A DNA stretch of 64,000 nucleotides from positions 101,072,219 to 101,136,218 of the forward strand of contig NC_057718.1 in NCBI RefSeq assembly GCF_004010195.1. The letters are read 5' to 3'. A model generated the notes under the pieces. It was given only the letters and a program-made list of their open reading frames with translations, was not told the origin of the DNA and ran no database searches. Below, one piece after another: positions 12,580 through 25,215 of the stretch (position 1 is the first letter of the stretch; every line of letters starts with the position of its first letter). The translations under genes were made by a program, and so were the position numbers. The stretch is from Chiloscyllium plagiosum (lineage: Eukaryota).

Positions 12580-12925
12580 ATTTGCATTCAATTACAGGAT
12601 CTGGGCATCATTGGCCATTTATTGCCCATCCCTAATTGCCCAGGGGAATTAAGAGTCAACCACATTGCGCTGGGTCTGGAGTCACATGCATCCCAGACCA
12701 GGTAAAGATGGCAGTTTCCTTCCCTAAAGGACATTAGTGAACCAGACAGGCTTTTTTCTTCTGACGATGGCGTCATGGTCATCTTTAGACTCTTAATTCC
12801 AGATTTTGTGTATTGAATTCAAATTTTACCATCTGCCGTAACAGGGTTTGAACCCAGGTCACTCGAACATTACCTGGGTCTCTGGATTAACAATTCAGTG
12901 ATAATACCACAAGGCTATTGCCTCC
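12580..12925 (-). mobile_element. tRNA-derived SINE (local family S2)
   Basis: Reverse complement of the copy at 16712-17062, with B box gggttcaaaccc on the minus strand. Confidence 0.8.
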
Positions 12926-13282
12926 CTTTCTTGGAGGGAGAATTATTGCAGGGTTGTGTGGAAAGAGCTGGGCAGTTACATTACTTTTTCATGCCACTCC
13001 CATGACGCCTGAATTGCTGATGGAGGTACTGACAGAGTGGGAGGGGAAAGATCCAGTTGCTGTTGCCCATAAAGGTACCAATGACAGAGGTAACACTGGA
13101 AAAGAGTTTCCACTGAGAGATTACGAACAGTATGGGGCTAAAATTTAAAAAAATAGAACCACAAAGGTGATAATATTGGGATTCCAACCTGTTCGATGTG
13201 AAAATAGGCATAGTGTAAATCAGTTTAGAGAGATGAATGAATGCTTCAGAGATTGGTGTGGGAGAAATGGGTTCTAATTCAT

Positions 13283-13890
13283 GGAAACAAAAGCAGAAAA
13301 CGCTGGAGAAACTCAGCAGGTGTGGCAGTATCTGTGGAGAGAAAGCTAATGTATCGCGTCCAGTGACCCTGCATCTGTTCTGGTCTCCTTATTTTGAGGA
13401 AGGATGTGGAAGCAGTTGAGAGGAGATTCATCAGATTGATTCCAGAGATGAAAGGACTGTCATATGAGGGGCGGTTGACTAGCATAGACTTGTACTCACT
13501 GGAGTTAAAAAAAAAAGGGGTCGGTGGGGACCTGACTGAGGGATATAAAATGCTAAAGGTGACCAGGTGATCCCCCTTGTGGAACAGTCTTGATCAAGAG
13601 GGCACGCATATTGAGTGAGAAGAGAGAGGTTCAGAACTGGCATGAGGAGAAACAACTCCTCTCCAAGGGTAGTGAATCTGTGGAACTCACTGTCCCAGAA
13701 TTCAACGGAGGCACAATTAATCAACAGATTCAAGAAGGAAATAGATCAGTTTCTGATGAAGAGTGGAATAAGGGGAGCAGGCCGGTGAGTGGAGTTCTGA
13801 CCAGGATAAAATCAGCCATGATTATGTTAAGTGGTGGAACAGGCTCGAAGGGCTGAATTGCCTACTCCCACTCCTAATTTCCTATGTTTC
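13283..13890. mobile_element. PLE family-B tail (minus, 13283-13370) abutting an older CR1 3' fragment (plus, 13375-13890)
   Basis: gctggagaaactcagcagg..., then ttctggtctccttat...ggctcgaagggctgaattgcctactcc. Confidence 0.7.
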
Positions 13891-13899
13891 TCCGTCTGT

Positions 13900-14930
13900 T
13901 TCAGGTTGGAAAGATGTAATTAGAGGAGTGTGCTACAAGTGTCAGATCCAAGCGCTCAATTATTAACCTTCTACGTTAATGGCTGGAAAGTGTAATGTAT
14001 CCAAAGTTGCTGATGATTCAAAAATAGGCAGGAGGACATGTAGTGCTGAGGACATAAGGAGTCTGCAGGAGGGTATCGGTAGATTGAGTAAGCGGGCAAA
14101 ACACTTAGCAGATGGAGTTTAATGTTGGAAAGCGTAAGGTCATGAAAACCCAAAAGACAGACAGTTATTTAAATGGAGAGAGACCCCATGAAAGTGCAGC
14201 ACAGAGAAATTTGGGTGTTGATGTGCATGAAATACAAAAGGCTAGTATGCAGGTGCAGCACGTAATTAAGAAAGGAACTGGAACTTTGGCCTTTACAGTT
14301 AGTGGGCTAGGGTTTAAAATTAGAGATGTCTTGTTTTAACTGTACAGTGTATTGGTGAGGCCAGCCCTGCAGTAATGTGTTCAGTTCTAGTTCCCGTATT
14401 TGATAAAAGGATATTTTGGTGTTGGCAGCAATTCAAAAGACATTCACTCGACTGATTCCTGGGACAAAGCGGTAAATTTATCAAGAATGGCTAAATAGGT
14501 TAGACCTTTAATTCACCAGAATTTAGAAGAAAGAGGTGTGATCTGACTGAAAATAAAGGATTTTGAGAGGATTGATAGGGTAGACAGAGAGGACATTTCC
14601 ATTGATGGGGTAATCTCAAACTCGGAAACATAGCTACAGAATATCAGGACGTTCAATTAAAACTGAGATGCCATGGCATTTCTTCTCCCAAAGGGTAGTG
14701 ATTGTCTGGAATTCTCTACCCCAGAGAGTTGGGGAGATTGGATACTGAAAGTCGAGTTGATAAAGTATGGTGCAGGAATTAAAAGAGGAGGGCAATAGAC
14801 TCTTGAAATGTTGAGGAGTTGAGGGGCTAGCACAAAAGAAAGGATAAAACAGCCATGACCTTACAGAATGGTGGGATAGGCTTGAGGGGCTCAATGGCCT
14901 ACTCCTGCTCCAATACCTTATGTTCCTATT
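13900..14930 (+). mobile_element. Old CR1 LINE (RT C-terminus plus 3' UTR)
   Basis: Degenerate SK(F)ADD, QMEFNVGK and YLNGE motifs, ending in gaggggctcaatggcctactcctgctcc. Confidence 0.85.
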
Positions 14931-15579
14931 TCCCCAAGAGATAGCTTTGATGAGTTCTCTTCCTGCAGCTGAATAAATTCTTGACTTTATCTTTGATGTA
15001 TCTCAAAATGGACCAATGTATTCTTGGCATAGGTATCATGTCTTTTGGATACTAGAATCCTTTTATCTTTTGTAGCTTGATGAAGCAACTGCTTGAAATG
15101 GTATCCAAGCAATATTTCTGCCCAGGACGGCAAAATTGCCTAAAATAAAAAGATTTGATTTAAGCTGTGTAGACTCAGTTGATAGAGTGATGTGAATTAA
15201 CTTGGGTAAAATTGACTTTTTCATTGGTGTTATATGAAAGTGTTTTACTGTAGAAACGTGGATTGTTTTCTGGGAAGTAAAAATTGAATCCCAAGATTGT
15301 GATCTTGTGATGGTAACAAAATAATTATTGGATTTTTTTCTCATTACATTTCAACACAAGCTTTAATTTGAGTTTTTCAACTTGAGAACTGTCTCAGTTG
15401 ACAATTCCAATTGTAGTTATTTTTTTTCAGAAATTGAGTTCTTGCAGCACTGGAGACTGGAGTTCAGTGTGAGTCTGAAGCTTGGCTGCGTGTTAATTAA
15501 CACATTATATTTTTGTTTCATGCCAGACATGATGAGTGTTTATAGAGTGACCTTTGCTCCATTTAACTTTTGAAGCTGA

Positions 15580-15870
15580 GGGTCGGTTTGCTCAGTTGGC
15601 TGGAAAGCTGGCTTGCTGATGCCAACAGCATGGATTTAACTCTCACACTGGTTGAGGTGACTTACGTCATCTGCAAAACAAACACAGCTCAAGTCAAATT
15701 CTTTTATTTTAAATAATTTCATCTTCCTGGGCAGAAATATCACCTGGATCCCATTGAAAGGCAAGCTTTCTCAACCCTGCCTGAGGTGTGTTGACCCTCA
15801 GGTTAAGCTCAGTATCAGTTAGCCCTCTCTCTGTAATGAGAGAGCAGCCTCTGGGAGAATGGGAACTTAG
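15580..15870 (+). mobile_element. tRNA-derived SINE (local family S3)
   Basis: gctcagttggctgg head and cctgaggtgtgttgaccctcaggttaa body. Related copies at 40470-40700 and 43715-44075. Confidence 0.6.
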
Positions 15871-16082
15871 ACTTACACAAACTTTTGCTGGGTTGGTAGC
15901 AGTAGGATTTGATTCTAGGTGGTAACTGTAACAACTCCGAGTATAGCCTCGTCAGCCATGAATGTTATAGTTGGCTTGAAAGGCCGAATGGCCTACTTCC
16001 GCTTGCTCCTATCCTCCATTGTGGGTTCATAAAACCATCACCCTATCCCATCCAAAAGTTTTTTTTTAATGGGAATTTTGCA

Positions 16083-16590
16083 ATGTGTGCAGTTCTGGTC
16101 TCCCTCGTATGGAATGATGTTGTGAAACTTTAAAGGATTCAGAAAATATTTACAAGGATGTTGCCAGGCTTGGAGGGTATGAGCTGTAGGGAAAGGATGA
16201 ATAGGCTGGGGGTGTTTTCCCTGGAACGTTGGAGGATGAGGGGTGACCTTATAGAGATTTATAAAATCATGAGGGGCACGGATCGGGTAAATAGACAAGG
16301 TTTTTTTTCCCTGGGGGTGGGGAAGTCCAAAACTAGAGGGCATAGGTTTAAAGTGAGAGGGGAAAGATTTAAAAGGGACCTAAGGGGTAACTTTTTTCAC
16401 ACAGAGGTGGTGCACGTATGGAAGTGGTGGAGGCTGGTATAATTACATCATTTAAAAGGCGTCTGGATGGGTATATGAATAGGAAGGGTTTAGAGGGATA
16501 CGGGCCGGGTGTTGGCAAATGGGACTAGAAGAGGTGAGGACAAGTTGGACCGAAGGGTCTGTTTCTGTGCTGAACATCTCTATGACTCTA
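16083..16590 (+). mobile_element. CR1 LINE 3' fragment
   Basis: MLPGLEGMSCRERMNRLGVFSLERWRMRGDLIEIYKIM plus 3' UTR. Confidence 0.9.
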
Positions 16591-16711
16591 AGAGTTTCAA
16601 GTAAAATGTTCCATGTAATTGAAAATGAAAGCAAGAAGAAAGAAGCATGATCAAATAAAATGTCTGAAGACCAAAGGCCATTTGAAGGAAAACATGTTGC
16701 TGGCCCAACTG

Positions 16712-17062
16712 GGGTGGTGATGGCCTAGTGGTGTTATCACAGAATTGTTAATCCAGAGACCCAGGTAATATTCTGGGGACTCAGGTTCGAACCTCTACCA
16801 TGGCAGACAACAGAATTTGAATTCAGTAAAATTCTGGAGTGAAGAGTCTAATGATGACCATGAAATTGCTATCAATTATCAGGAAAAACCCATCTGGGTC
16901 ACTCATGTCCTTTTGGGAAGGAAGCTGCCAGCCTTATCTGGTCTGGCCTATATGTGACTCCAAACCAACCTCAATGTGTTGGCCTCTTAATCACCTGCTG
17001 GGCAATTAGGGATAGGCAATAAATGGCGACTGAGTTGTGATGCTCTCATCCCATGAATGAAT
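16712..17062 (+). mobile_element. tRNA-derived SINE (family S2), near full length
   Basis: A box tggcctagtgg, B box ggttcgaacc, ends cccatgaatgaat. Confidence 0.8.
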
Positions 17063-17539
17063 TAATGGAAAAAAAGACAAAATAAAATCCATAAATTTCT
17101 CAAATCTTTGCTGCAAAGCGCAGTGAGCGTTTCGAAGTATGGGCCCCCTGTGGTTGGCATTGACTGGTCAAGTTGTGGAACTGATGAGCGCTCGTCCAAA
17201 GGTATGGACGAAAACAGGAAATGGTCTGGTTTTGAATGAAATAACGGTACAGCTGAAAACATGACTGAGGTGGTTGCTGGGGTGGGAGAAATGTTGAAAG
17301 CAGCAATACACAGAATGTTTCAAGAATTTTCTTCGTATTTAATGTTCCCTGCTTAATCTGGCCACTCAGAGTTATGGACAGATTTGTAAAGAGATATTTT
17401 AAGTCAAATTAGACTGTTTTGGCACAACTCTTCATTTTTGTGACAAAACTGTCCTGTTCTCAATTTCTTGAAACTGCTACAAAGTTCTTAAGGGTCATAC
17501 TAGATTGGAACTGTTAACTGTTTGTCTTTCTACAGTTGG

Positions 17540-18060
17540 GGATAGTGAGGATCGCAGGCACTGGAAAGTCAGCGTTAATAAAATGCGGAGCTGGAAAAAG
17601 CGCAGCAGGAGATCGACATCTCGGGCAGGACCCTTCATCAGGATCGGGGGGGAGAGGGAAAGGAGCTGAGAAATAAATAGAAGAGGGGCGGCCTGGGGAA
17701 AAGGTAGGTGGGGATGGCGATAGGCAGAATGCAGGTAGGAGGTGATTGTGATTGGTCAGTGGGAATGGTAGAGTGGATTGGTGGGAAGGAAGATGGACAG
17801 GATAGGTCAGGTCAGGTCAAGGGGCTGGGGTGGAGGGGGTGGGCTGGACCTGGGATGAGTTTGGGGGTGGGGAGATTTGGAAGCTGGTGATTTCTATACC
17901 TACCTTTCCCCCAGGCCCACCCCTCCCCCTATTTATTTCTCCGCCCCCCTTACCCCTTCCCCAGTCCTGATGAAGGGTCCTGCCTGAGATGTTGACTGTC
18001 CCGCTCCTCTGATGCTGCTCGACCTGCTGTGCTTTTTCCAGTTCCACAATTTATCAACTC
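17540..18060. mobile_element. Long Penelope-like fold-back (3' UTR/pLTR arms) nested in a family-B tail
   Basis: Minus arm 17540-17890 reaches the ORF end (TSFQISP). Plus arm 17895-18060 has TATTTAT (17930), then CAGTC-CTGATGA-AGGGT-CCT-GCCT-GAGA-TGTT-GACTG. Confidence 0.8.
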
Positions 18061-18169
18061 TTTCTACACTTGCTGCCAGATCTGCTGAATTTCTCCAGCA
18101 TTCTGTGTGTCTGTACTGTGCTGAACTTTGACTGTTATTCTTCTGACGGGAATCTCATTTGATTTTAAA

Positions 18170-18526
18170 AGAATAGAGAATTATAAAATTATGTTGGGCG
18201 TGGATAGGGTAAATGGGCAAGGGGGAGCCCAGAACTAGAGGGCTTAGGTTGAGAAGGGAAAGATATGAAAGGAAGCTAAGGGACAACTTTTTCATGCAGA
18301 GGTTGGTGTGTGTATGGAATGAGTTGCCAGAGAAAGTGGTGGAGGCTGATACAATGACAACATTTAAAAGGCACCTGGATGGGTACATGAATAGGAAGGG
18401 TTTAGAGGGATATGGACCAAGTGCTGGCAAATGGGACTAGATTAATTTAGGATATCTAATCGGCATGGACGAGTTGGACTGAAACGATCTGTTTCCGCGC
18501 TGTACATTTCTATGACTCTATGACTA
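18170..18526 (+). mobile_element. CR1 LINE 3' fragment
   Basis: NFFMQRLVCVWNELPEKVVEA plus ctatgactctatga tail. Confidence 0.9.
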
Positions 18527-19519
18527 AATAAACCTAGATTCAATCTTAAAGCAAAATCCTGAGTTTATATTTTCTTCCTTTTCTTCTTTGGTCAGTGAGT
18601 GTTTGTAACGTCGCCTCTTAGTTCGAACTGGAAGAATTCGGCTTTAATGTTTTTGCTCATATTTTTTCTTCACATATCGGAAGATATTTCAACTGGTTGC
18701 TATGTGTAACGAAAGAACCGCAGATTAAAAGGGATTTAATTGTTTGCAAGGGTTTTCCAACTCAGTGCAAATGGTTAGTGCAAGGTGACTCAAGTGTTGA
18801 TCTGTACATAATGCCGTCCATTAATCAACGGCAGTTCATGCTTGAGAGTTATACAGGAATTGACAAAGGTTTACTTCCCACATTCATTATTGCTGGGGTA
18901 ATGAGGTAGTGTGCCCACCTGAGTGAAACAGTTTTATGCTGACTGCAGTCTTCCAAATGGGTTCCATAAATCAGAAATCTGCTGGTTGTGTTCACCGGGT
19001 GAAGAACATATTTTGATATTGGAGCAAACAGCAGGGAAGTAAATTTACATTTTTAAAAAATTAGCAACAAGCCACTTCCCCCACACCATTGTGGTTTCAA
19101 TTAAAACTGAAACAACTGCTTGGAATTGTTTGAAGCATCTCATTCAAACACCATGGTGCCTGGTCCGTCAAGTTTATCTACTTCAGTGAAGCCATATATT
19201 TGACGTGTATCTTTAAAATTTGCAATGTACGCGATATTTTAGCCACAGCTTGGATTTCAAATTGATCGTTTGGGCTAAGCGCAAGCCATGTACAGTTTAA
19301 CAAAGACACAAAATATTTCTTGTATTCCAACACTTCCATCTTAAAAGTCTCTGTCTCAAATCATGATACCTAAATTCCTGTTAGGGGTAAAGAGCAACAT
19401 TACTCATATATTTAACTGAGCATCAATTTTCCTGCAAACTTTTCATATGTCTTGGTGTGTGAAGGCTTGTGGGAAGCATAAATACTGGCTTGTACCTGTG
19501 TTTGGAACTGAGCACCTTG

Positions 19520-19795
19520 ATCCACAGTCTAACAATAAAGGGTAAGCCGTTCAGGACTGAGATGGGGAAGAATGTCTTCACTCAGCGAGTTGTGAACCTG
19601 TGGAATTCTCTCCCACAGGAAGCTGTTGGGGCCAGTTCATTAGATGGATTCAAGATGGATCTGGACATAGCCCTTGTGGCTAAAGGGATCAAGGGATATG
19701 GAGTGGGATACTGAGATTACATGATCAGCCACGATCATATTGAATGGTGGGGCAGGCTGAATGGCCTACTCCTACACCTATTTTCCATGTTTCAT
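19520..19795 (+). mobile_element. CR1 LINE 3' fragment (older subfamily)
   Basis: FTQRVVNLWNSLPQEAV plus 3' UTR. Confidence 0.85.
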
Positions 19796-20244
19796 GTAAT
19801 ATGTACATTTTGGTTCCTACTTTCTCTAGCCAAACACATCTTAAAAGCCTCTTCATGGGATGTGAACACTGCTGGCTAGAATGAGATTTATCACCCATCC
19901 CTGCTTGTCTCTGGTGAGGTGGTGGTGAGCTGCCTTCATGAGCTGCTACAGTCCTTGTGGTGAAGATACCCCTACAGTGTCGTTAGGGAGAGAATTTTGT
20001 CTGAGTGAGACTGAAGGAATGGTTATTTATTTCGGTCAGGAAGGTGAGTGACTTGGAGGGGAACTTGCATGCAGGGAGTGGTATTCCCATGGATCTGCTG
20101 CCCTTGTCCTTCCTGATAGAAGTGGACATGGGTTTGGACATGTGCTATCCAAGGAGGTTTAGTGAATTACTGTAGGGATTCTTGGAGATGATACACAATG
20201 CTGCCACTGTATGTGTGGGTGATGAAGTAATCCTCAGTAAAATA

Positions 20245-21335
20245 ACCCTGAAAAGAGTGCAAAGGAAATTTATTAGAATAATACCACCATGGGAGATTTT
20301 AGATAGGAGAAAGTGAGGAATGCAAATGCTGGAGATCAGAGCTGAAAAATGTGTTGCTGGAAAAGCGCAGCAGGTCAGGCAGCATCCAAGGAGCAGGAGA
20401 ATCGACGTTTCTGGCATAAGCCCTTCTTCAGGAATGCCCGAAACGTTGATTCTCCTGCTCCTTGGATGCTGCCTGACCTGCTGCGCTTTTCCAGCAACAC
20501 ATTTTTCAGCTCTCGATTTTTAGATAGGAGGAAAGATTAGAGAAATTGGGCTTATTTTCCTTGGATCAGCAAAAGGTAAGAGGTGAGCTTATTGAGGTGT
20601 TCTAAACTATGAGCAATTTTGACAGGGTAAAGAAGGATATTCTGTTTCCAGTGGTTAGTATGGCAGTAACTGAGATTGTCAACAAGAGAATGTGGAGTGA
20701 GGTGAGGAAAGACTTCTTTACTCAGAGAGAGTTGTTAGGATTTGGAACGTGCTTCCTAGGAGAGTCATGGAGGCAGATTCCACAGGATGTTTCAAACAGG
20801 AACTGGACATATATTTGATAGTGATAAATTTAAAGGGTACAGAGATAGGTCTGGAGAATGGGACCAGCTGTGAAACTGTTTCAGGCATGATGGGTCAAAT
20901 GGCCTCTCTCTGTACTGTAAAAGTGTTATAGTAATGAACAGGTTGAACCTATACACATTGAAGTTTAAAAGATTAAGAGTGATCTTATTGAAATGTATAA
21001 AACCCTGAGGGGATTTCACAAGATTAATGGTAGGGGGCTGTTTCCCCTAGAACTAGGGGGCACAGTTCCAAAGTTATGGGTATCCCTTTTAAGACTGAAA
21101 CAAAAAGTAATTTCTACTCTATGGGATTCTCTGTACCAGTGAGCAAAGGACACTGGGTTATTGAATCCAGGCTAAGTTAGGCCAATTTTCCATTGATCAG
21201 AGTGTTGCGAGTTGGAGTGAGGGGTGCGGTCAGACAAATAATGAAATTGAGACTACAATCAGATCACGATCTTATTGAATGGTGGAGTGGCTTGAGGGTG
21301 GAATGGCACATTCCTGCGTCTCATTCTTGTGCTCT
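20245..21335 (+). mobile_element. Two adjacent old CR1 3' fragments; the first is interrupted by a PLE fold-back
   Basis: Degenerate RGDLIE-like DNA at about 20580 and 20978, each followed by a CR1 3' UTR. Confidence 0.7.
20305..20514. mobile_element. Penelope-like fold-back insertion (family A)
   Basis: Inverted arms. TSD gattttagataggag / gatttttagataggag, whose last bases (ggag) are also the element terminus. Confidence 0.85.
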
Positions 21336-22637
21336 TGTGACAAGTCTCTGCCATACTTCACTGTGCAGGTAAAATTTGTGAAAAACAAAGTAATGGCCCT
21401 TTCTTGAGGACATTCCACTTAGGGGATCCTGACTTAATAAATAGCTAATGATGACAGAACATACTTGGTTCGGGATGTGTTAGGAATTCTCCTGTCTCTG
21501 GGTTAGGATGTCACGGGTTCAAATCCCACACCAGGAAACAACATGGTACAGTGGGAAGCCTTTCAGCCAGCTGAGTCTGTGCCGGAGTCTAGGCTGACAC
21601 TTAGGTAGAGAAGAAGGTTTTCATTATTGGGGGAAAGAGTCCTTTGGATGAGATGAGATGAGATGAGAAGGGAAGCGAAGGCAATTGAAATGAATACTGA
21701 CACTTCTATGATAAAGAGTTTAGGAGTGTCTGTTGAACATTTATCCCTTAACCAGCAACATTCAAAGAAACTGACTGGAATTCTTCCTCATTTGCTTTTC
21801 ACTGGGCATGGGTGTACTCAAATTGGCTGATTCAGTTGCCTGCATGACAATTAGAAGAACACTTCAAACGTAATTGATTGGCAGTACAGCTATCTGGGAC
21901 ATCCTGGGGCTGTGAAAAACATTATGCAAATGAACATTCATTCCATCTCTTTTATGTTTTCTTTTAAGAAATCAACAATGACCTAGTTTCTCCTGGCTCA
22001 GAACATGATTCTGATTATAAACCCATCCCACATAACCCAGTGTCCTCCAGATAATATGGTCAGAGCATGTATCACATTTCAAGTCACACTCTGTGTAAAA
22101 CCTGAGCTGGTGCAAGGACATTTTTTATTGACTGTGGTGACTGCATAATGAAGATTTGGAGAACTTGCCAAATCCCCGAGGGATATCGAGAAGGGGCCTG
22201 CAGACTCGAAAATGAAATTACTCTCTTTCCTTTGTGCCCTCAAGACTCCTGAGAAATTGTCCCTAGAGTCGTAGCTTCGGTGACGCCCAAATGTAGCCGC
22301 ACTCGGAGGAGCGATGGAGCTTTTGAAGATTTGAAGAGCTTTGATATCAAAATTTAATTCCATCAAAACGATGCTTCCGCCAATTGATTCCCTGACACAG
22401 CTCTGAAAGCTTTTGAAGTCGGATCAGAACTTCGGAAGGAGAGATTGAAGGTGTGGGACTTGGCACTGCTGATCCTGAGCCAAGTCTGGCACTTTGTCAG
22501 GATGCCAGAGCTTATAACGATCGAGCCTCACCTACTGGGAAGTGAAGTGAAGCATGCACTAACTGGATTTAGATTATTTCTAAATATTGAGTTTATTTTT
22601 TCCCCTTAATTGAGCCAATAAACCAGTCTGAACAAAT

Positions 22638-22745
22638 AGTTCTGAAGAAAGGTCACTGAACCAGAAATGTTAATTCTGCTTCTCTCTCCACAGACACTGC
22701 CCAGAACTGCAGAGATTCTCCAGCAGTTTTTCTGTTTTTGCTTCA
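22638..22745 (+). mobile_element. PLE family-B tail with degenerate hammerhead
   Basis: agttctgaagaaaggtcactgaaccagaaatgttaatt. Confidence 0.7.
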
Positions 22746-22763
22746 TAAATATTTGACCCGAAT

Positions 22764-23114
22764 TATAGAATCCCTACAGTGTGGAAGCAGGCCGCTCAGC
22801 CCAATCGAGTCCATACCAACCCTTCGAAGAGCATCCCACCCAGACCCACCTGTCCCTGTGACCCTGCATTTCCCATGGTTTACCCACCTAACCTACACAT
22901 CGCTGGACACTATGGGCAATTTAGTATGGCCAATCCACCCTAACCCTACACATCTTTAGATTGTGGGAGGAAGCCAGAGCACCCGGAGGAAACCCACGCA
23001 GACACGGGAAGAATGTGCAAACTCCACACAGACAGTCGTCTGAGGTCGGAATTGAACCCGGGTCCGTGGCACTGTGAGGCAGCAGTGCTAATCACTGAGC
23101 ACCTGAGTCGCCCC
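22764..23114 (-). mobile_element. HE1-type V-SINE
   Basis: Reverse-complement V-domain and tRNA head. Confidence 0.9.
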
Positions 23115-23169
23115 AATATTTGCACTTTGGTTGTAATGTTGCATGAAAGGGGCAAAGCATTGTAATGAA

Positions 23170-23350
23170 CATGATTTGGAGATGCTGGTGTTGGACTGGG
23201 GTGTACAAAGTTAAAAATCACACAACACCAGGTTATAGTCCAACAGGTTTAATTGGAAGCACTAGCTTTCGGAGTGTCGCTCCTTCATCCACCTGATTGG
23301 AGACAACCACCTGATGAAGGAGCAGTGCTCTGAAAGCTAGTGCTTCCAAT
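23170..23350. mobile_element. Penelope-like fold-back insertion (family C) with hammerhead
   Basis: Inverted arms. CAC-CTGATGA-A-GGAGC-AGT-GCTCT-GAAA-GC-TA-GTG at 23308-23342. Confidence 0.8.
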
Positions 23351-23672
23351 TTAATGAAGAAAGTTTATGTGGAGCAGTTGGATGTTACCAATGTTAACAA
23401 CTGTATTTGCTGATAAAATTTGGCCTTTGTCTCTTTTGTAATTAAAAACAATGTGCATAGCGCATGAAAGAAAGGGCAGATCCCCGTCCATATCCGAAGT
23501 GTCTTTGGTTCCTTGGAAATAAACTCAAGGGTGAGTCAGTAGCTGGATTCCACCTCCAACTGCTGGCTGCAGGAATGGCCCAGACCACTCTGCAGAAACA
23601 TTCCCAGACTGACCAACAAACCGTGAGCCGGTTGGTAGCACTATCCTCTGAGTCAGATGGTCCCATACTTCA

Positions 23673-23893
23673 GGGAGAAAGTGAGGCCTGCAGATGCTGG
23701 AGATCAGAGCTGGAAATGTGTTGCTGGAAAAGCACAGCAGGTCAGGCAGCATCCAGGGAGCAGGAGAATTGATGTTTCGGGCATAAGCCCTTCTTCAGGA
23801 TTTTCCTGAAGAAGGGCTTATGCCCGAAACGTCGATTCTCCTGTTCCCTGGATGCTGCCTGACCTGCTGCGCTTTTCCAGCAACACATTTCCA
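23673..23893. mobile_element. Penelope-like fold-back insertion (family A), young
   Basis: Near-perfect inverted arms. 14-bp TSD GGTCCCATACTTCA (23659-23672) / GGTCCCATGCTTCA (23894-23907). Confidence 0.9.
23803..23837 (+). ncRNA. Minimal type-I hammerhead ribozyme motif (intact core)
   Basis: CTGAAGA (23806-23812), extra A, GGGC-TTAT-GCCC, GAAAC, GTC (23831-23833). Stem III is reduced to palindromic ACGT. Activity is not shown. Confidence 0.7.
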
Positions 23894-24009
23894 GGTCCCA
23901 TGCTTCACACCACCTGGGGCCTTGTGCACAAACAAGACAATGAATGCGGTGAATGTGGGTCAGAGAAGAACATACAACTGGACAGCATAGGTCCACTATG
24001 TCTATGTCA

Positions 24010-24480
24010 ACAAGACTAATACCTGAAATGAACGGATTTTCTCATGAGAAAAGACTAGGCCTGGATCCTCTGGAGTTTAGAAGAGTCAGAGGTGATTTAA
24101 TTGGAACCTATAAGGATGAGATTTGACTAGGTGCGTGTGGAAATAATGTTTCCTCTTATGGGAGAATCTAGAACTGGAAGATCATGGTTTAAAAATAAGG
24201 GGTGTCCTCATTTTAAGGAGAGATGTGGAAGCATTTTCTCTCTCTGAGGGTTGTGAGACTTTGGAATTCCCTGTCTCAAAAGACAGTGGATGTAGAATTT
24301 TTAAATATTTTTAAGGCAGAGGGAGATAAGATTCTTGATGATCAAGAGGGATGACGGATTATCGGGAGATGTGCAGGAATGTAGAGTTGACGTTAAAATC
24401 AGATCAGCCACGATCTTAATGAATGGAAGACCAAAGCTGAAGGGTTGATTGGTCTACTGTTGTTCCATGTTTGTATATTC
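24010..24480 (+). mobile_element. Old CR1 LINE 3' fragment
   Basis: ctggagtttagaagagtcagaggtgatttaatt...gatcagccacgatcttaatgaatgg. Confidence 0.75.
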
Positions 24481-24894
24481 CAATTCTGATCTGTTCAGGG
24501 AACTTTCCCTGGGAATGAGAAGCCTTACTTTACTGGTGAGTGTGAAGGGTCCTAAAGCACTCATCAAACAAAAGCTGACGAGTTCTCCGTATTGTGTGTG
24601 CTGATATTTACTGTACAACCGCTAGCACTAATACAATAACACGGCTGTTCATCTCATTACAAGTTGTTGCACCTTGGTACACGCAGATTGGCTATCTTGT
24701 TTCCCATCCTTATACTTGTGACTGCACTTTGGTCAGACTTCAGTGCCTGTGAAAGTGCCATCCTTGTCCTTCATTCCCCATAACCGTTGATATTTGGAAG
24801 CAACGTTGACTTACAATGGGTTAAGAAGTCTCTGCCCTTTGCCAACTGAAATGTTGAAAAGGGTTCAAGCTAGGGGTTATACTTTTTGTTGTTG

Positions 24895-25215
24895 TGTCAC
24901 TGCCTGGACCAGCATTTATTGCACATCCCCATTTGCTCACTGGGCAGTTAAGAGTTAACCACATTGCTCTGAGTCTGGAGTCAGATGTAGGTCAGATCAG
25001 GTAAGGATTACAGTTTCCCTCTTTGCCAGACATTAACGAATGCTAGTTTTCCCTGAGAATTGGCAGATGGTTTTGTGGTCACCATTAGATTCTTAATTCC
25101 GAATTTTTATTGAATTCAAATTCCACCATCTGCCATGGCAGGATTCGAACCCAGGTCCCATTGAGCATTACTTTTGGATTAACAGTTTAGTGTTAAGATC
25201 ACTAGGTCACCACCT
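24895..25215 (-). mobile_element. tRNA-derived SINE (family S2)
   Basis: gaattcaaattccaccatctgccatggcaggattcgaacccagg. Confidence 0.8.
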
